Source of the DNA: an uncultured bacterium
GTDB lineage: Bacteria; Electryoneota; AABM5-125-24; Hatepunaeales; Hatepunaeaceae
NCBI GenBank assembly: GCA_964484805.1
Contig: CAZAGU010000001.1
Location: forward strand, 1 to 57,119
DNA length: 57,119 nucleotides
Direction: 5' to 3'
Part shown: in pieces, positions 54,799 to 57,119 of the stretch
How positions within the stretch are numbered: the stretch's first letter is position 1
Layout of the letters: every line of letters begins with the position of its first letter
The notes under the pieces: model-generated
The model's input: the letters and a program-made list of their open reading frames with translations, nothing else
Told to the model about the DNA's origin: nothing
The model's database searches: none
Program-made: the position numbers and the translations under genes

Positions 54799-55678
54799 CT
54801 CTGAGGACTTTTAAAAATTCCTGTGCCCTTTCCATTTCGCGTTCGAGTAAATCTTCGTAGTAAGGCCAGTCAATTTCGCCTTCTTCGGTTTGTTTAAGAT
54901 TCAGATATGCGCCAACTTTTGGGTGAAGGTCTGGGAGAATTTCATCGTTAAACAGCCCATACCCCAGGCGTTTAGCGAGATGATCCGAGAAATGCACCAA
55001 CATCCCAAGATTTGGCCTCCTGAATGATAGCCAAGGATTTGGATGATCGTAAACTGCCGCAATCTGATGCGTTGGAAGTTTCCACGATTCCAACAACCAC
55101 CCACCTAAATCGGCATGGTTAAATCCGAGTATATCCATTTCAGCATCATACAAATCAGTTCCATGATATCGAGCTTCATAGAGAGCCTTTTTGTATAACT
55201 CGGATATCTCATTGCACAATATCAGCACGCCGACATCATGCAATAGCCCACTGATGAATATCTCCCCAGTAATCTTAAAGCTACCTTCTTGCCCAAGAAT
55301 CTTACACCCCGCGGCGACAGCAATCGAGTGTGTCCAAAATTTGATGGGTTTAAAGAATTCATCACATTCGCCACCACCGAAGGTTTTAACAACAGTTGCC
55401 GCAAGAGCCAGATCCTTGACAGATTGAAATCCTAAAACGACAATAGCGAGGTTGATTGTGCCGATTTTGTGCGGAAATCCATAGAATGCCGAATTCGCCA
55501 GCTTAAGAATTTTCGATGTCATCGGTGGGTCATTGCTGATGAAACGCGCCAGTTTGGGCGCTGTTGTATTGGGGTCGTCCACCAATTCAATCAGCTTCAT
55601 CATAACGACCGGTAAAGTCGGCATGTTTTTTACATAATGAGCAATCTGGCTCACTCTTTCCATCCGGCTGGATTCCAA
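54782..55678 (-). CDS. HDOD-domain signalling protein
   Basis: MPTLPVVMMKLIELVDDPNTTAPKLARFISNDPPMTSKILKLANSAFYGFPHKIGTINLAIVVLG and HSIAVA...GLLHDVG are typical of HDOD. AAGGAGG lies upstream of the start. Confidence 0.87.
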   Translation of the reverse strand: MESSRMERVSQIAHYVKNMPTLPVVMMKLIELVDDPNTTAPKLARFISNDPPMTSKILKLANSAFYGFPHKIGTINLAIVVLGFQSVKDLALAATVVKTFGGGECDEFFKPIKFWTHSIAVAAGCKILGQEGSFKITGEIFISGLLHDVGVLILCNEISELYKKALYEARYHGTDLYDAEMDILGFNHADLGGWLLESWKLPTHQIAAVYDHPNPWLSFRRPNLGMLVHFSDHLAKRLGYGLFNDEILPDLHPKVGAYLNLKQTEEGEIDWPYYEDLLEREMERAQEFLKVLRDDNNS

Positions 55679-55800
55679 TGACTTACCTCCTTAAAATCGG
55701 CTAAATGTCAGAATAACGTTAAAATCACATCCATAAAATAACGAACTTGTTGGCAACGATGCGCATTGCAAGTCACATCTCAGGCATATTTCCAAAAATT

Positions 55801-56016
55801 TTATGCCTGGATGTCTATTTTTTTGCCCTTAATCTCTGCAGATTGTTCGCTGCTGCCAGAATTTTGCTTGTTGCGTTTACGTTTTTTCTGGCTATCTGCG
55901 GTGTCGCCTTTTTTTCGTTCATCAGGGGGCGCGCTCTCTTGCCGACGTTGAACGACTTTGTGCTTTGGAGCCTTTGTGACGGAACCTAGTCCCTCACTCC
56001 TGTTTATCTCAGCCAT
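55801..56016 (-). CDS. Hypothetical small, highly basic low-complexity protein downstream of fliA
   Basis: AAGGAA lies 1 nt upstream of the ATG, and the ATG is 5 nt after the fliA stop. K/R/S/Q-rich (KKRKRNKQNSGSS). Competing plus-strand ORFs overlap it, so coding status is uncertain. Confidence 0.35.
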   Translation of the reverse strand: MAEINRSEGLGSVTKAPKHKVVQRRQESAPPDERKKGDTADSQKKRKRNKQNSGSSEQSAEIKGKKIDIQA

Positions 56017-56021
56017 TTCCT

Positions 56022-56798
56022 TTACTCAAGTAGTTTGCGCAAGCGTACTCTAAGTATAGTAATGATTTTTGTGTGAATCTGACATACTCGCGATTCGCTT
56101 ACGCCGATTACTTCACCAATTTCTCTGAAAGTTAAACTTTCATAATAATATAGCGCTACGACGGTGCGTTCCTGATCTGACAACTCGTCTATCAGGTGAA
56201 GCGCCGTCTGTTGAATGTCTGCTTCTTCCACCATATCGTATGGATTTTGTTGAGCGTCATCAGAAATGACTTCGTACAATGAACCACCATCACCCTCAGC
56301 CCCGGATACATGGATATCTAATGAAACCAGTGAGGCTGCGCCAACATGGTCGATATATTTGTAGTACTCGTCAAGGTTCATTTCGAGTTCTTTGGCGATC
56401 TCTTCATCAGTAGGAATTCTTCCGAGTCTTGCGAACAGCTTCTCCATCGTTTGATCCAACTTCCGGCTCTTCTGGCGATATGATCTTGGAAGCCAATCAA
56501 CGTCTCTTAAGCCATCAAGTATTGCTCCGCGAACTCTTGGTGCCGCGTATGTTTCAAACTTAAATCCACGCTTTGGGTTGAAATTATCTATGCTATTTAT
56601 CAGCCCAATGAGACCAGAACTCACAAGGTCGTTATACTCAACCGAACCGGGCAAGGTGACTTTCATCCTTCCAGCGATGATTTTAACCAGAGAGAGGTAG
56701 TGAATCAGGAGACTTTCTCTGATGTTCTCATCTCGCGTATCCTGGAATTTATTCCAGAGTTCATCAATCTGAGTATCGTTCAATGTGTCCGTGCTCAC
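56022..56798 (-). CDS. fliA: Flagellar sigma factor FliA (sigma28/WhiG family)
   Basis: Region 2: LLIHYLSLVKIIAGRM...DLVSSGLIGLINSIDNFNPKRGFKFETYAAPRVRGAILD. Region 3. Region 4: ESLTFREIGEVIGVSESRVCQIHTKII. Confidence 0.9.
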   Translation of the reverse strand: MSTDTLNDTQIDELWNKFQDTRDENIRESLLIHYLSLVKIIAGRMKVTLPGSVEYNDLVSSGLIGLINSIDNFNPKRGFKFETYAAPRVRGAILDGLRDVDWLPRSYRQKSRKLDQTMEKLFARLGRIPTDEEIAKELEMNLDEYYKYIDHVGAASLVSLDIHVSGAEGDGGSLYEVISDDAQQNPYDMVEEADIQQTALHLIDELSDQERTVVALYYYESLTFREIGEVIGVSESRVCQIHTKIITILRVRLRKLLE

Positions 56799-57119
56799 AC
56801 TCCTGCTCCGGTTTCAAAAGGCTTTTCAGGTATCGGAGAATCTTCCATTTCCTCTAGTTTTTCTCTCTCAAGCTTTGCCTGATAAGCTGCATTTGCTTCA
56901 GCAGCTTCCTCCTCGGCTTTCTCGCGAATTTTTCGGTTAGCTTCGGCAACAGACCACTGCTGTGCGCGAAGCAAAATAATCTCGATTGAAAATACTATTA
57001 TTGAGCCAATCAGATAAACAATGACCGAGTGGTAGAGGCTCATTAATAGCTTAACGCTGTTCATTGTACTCCAGATGAAAGTACAAAGCGTTAGTATCAG
57101 AACACCTTGATGAAAGAGC
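56795..57119 (-). CDS. Hypothetical membrane/coiled-coil protein upstream of fliA (5' end may lie beyond the window)
   Basis: The ATG at 57064 is listed, but the frame stays open to nt 57118 (..LFHQGVLILTLCTFIWST-M..). Hydrophobic N-terminus plus an E/A/K-rich helix. Its stop overlaps the fliA start. Confidence 0.45.
   Translation of the reverse strand, partial: LFHQGVLILTLCTFIWSTMNSVKLLMSLYHSVIVYLIGSIIVFSIEIILLRAQQWSVAEANRKIREKAEEEAAEANAAYQAKLEREKLEEMEDSPIPEKPFETGAGV

Noticed and set aside
55696-55701. sigma28-type -10 element (GCCGAT on the minus strand, with TAAC 16 nt upstream) in front of the HDOD gene.
   Set aside because: The GCCGATTTT box directly abuts the AAGGAGG Shine-Dalgarno sequence. 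A transcript starting 6-8 nt downstream would lose the SD. The -35 is imperfect and the spacing is off by one. I treat it as a chance match unless TSS data say otherwise.
55801-56016. The 71-aa basic ORF downstream of fliA as the anti-sigma factor FlgM.
   Set aside because: It lacks the conserved C-terminal sigma28-binding helices typical of FlgM (the I..AI..G.Y.VD-like segment). The sequence is low-complexity K/R/S-rich. I keep it only as a low-confidence hypothetical CDS.

Overview
This 57-kb window is chromosomal DNA from a flagellated bacterium. T9SS-type C-terminal sorting domains, an FGE-sulfatase-family protein and a Firmicute/spirochaete-style flagellar super-operon suggest an FCB-group or candidate-phylum lineage, but I cannot verify that here.

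Layout:
- 1-7.4 kb: a 5'-truncated N6-adenine DNA methyltransferase, an MsbA-like ABC exporter, OsmC, a REP-like repeat cluster, a DUF1684-DUF59 fusion, and glnS.
- 7.8-28 kb: one co-directional flagellar cluster, flgB-flgC-(orf66)-fliE-fliF-fliG-fliH-fliI-fliJ-flbB/ylxF-fliK | flgD-(small flagellar operon protein)-flgE-flbD-motA-motB-fliL-fliM-fliN/Y-fliO-fliP-fliQ-fliR. It carries at least two well-matched sigma54 (-24/-12) promoters.
- 28-30 kb: a lipoprotein with seven tandem carboxypeptidase-regulatory-like domains sits where flhBA/flhFG would be expected.
- 30-41 kb: a DnaQ-DinG fusion, apbE, a second repeat cluster, rnfCDGEAB, and rsgA.
- 41.5-43.5 kb: a visibly AT-rich minus-strand two-gene cassette, a DUF3696-type ABC ATPase plus a PIN-like protein. 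This is my best candidate for an undescribed defence/toxin system.
- 43.6-52.4 kb: surE, guaA, a TPR plus periplasmic-binding-fold protein, uppP, T9SS cargo proteins, an FGE-family protein, and a PEGA-TlpA lipoprotein.
- 52.4-57.1 kb, minus strand: a fliA (sigma28)-linked operon encoding a small basic protein, an HDOD protein, a membrane protein with AMIN-like/TPR/TM/disordered/HTH-like parts, and a degenerate sensor-less histidine kinase.

A family of short hairpin (REP-like) repeats recurs in four intergenic regions. I recognised no rRNA, tRNA, CRISPR array, transposase or integrase. All calls come from reading motifs in the ORF translations and the DNA; no searches were run.
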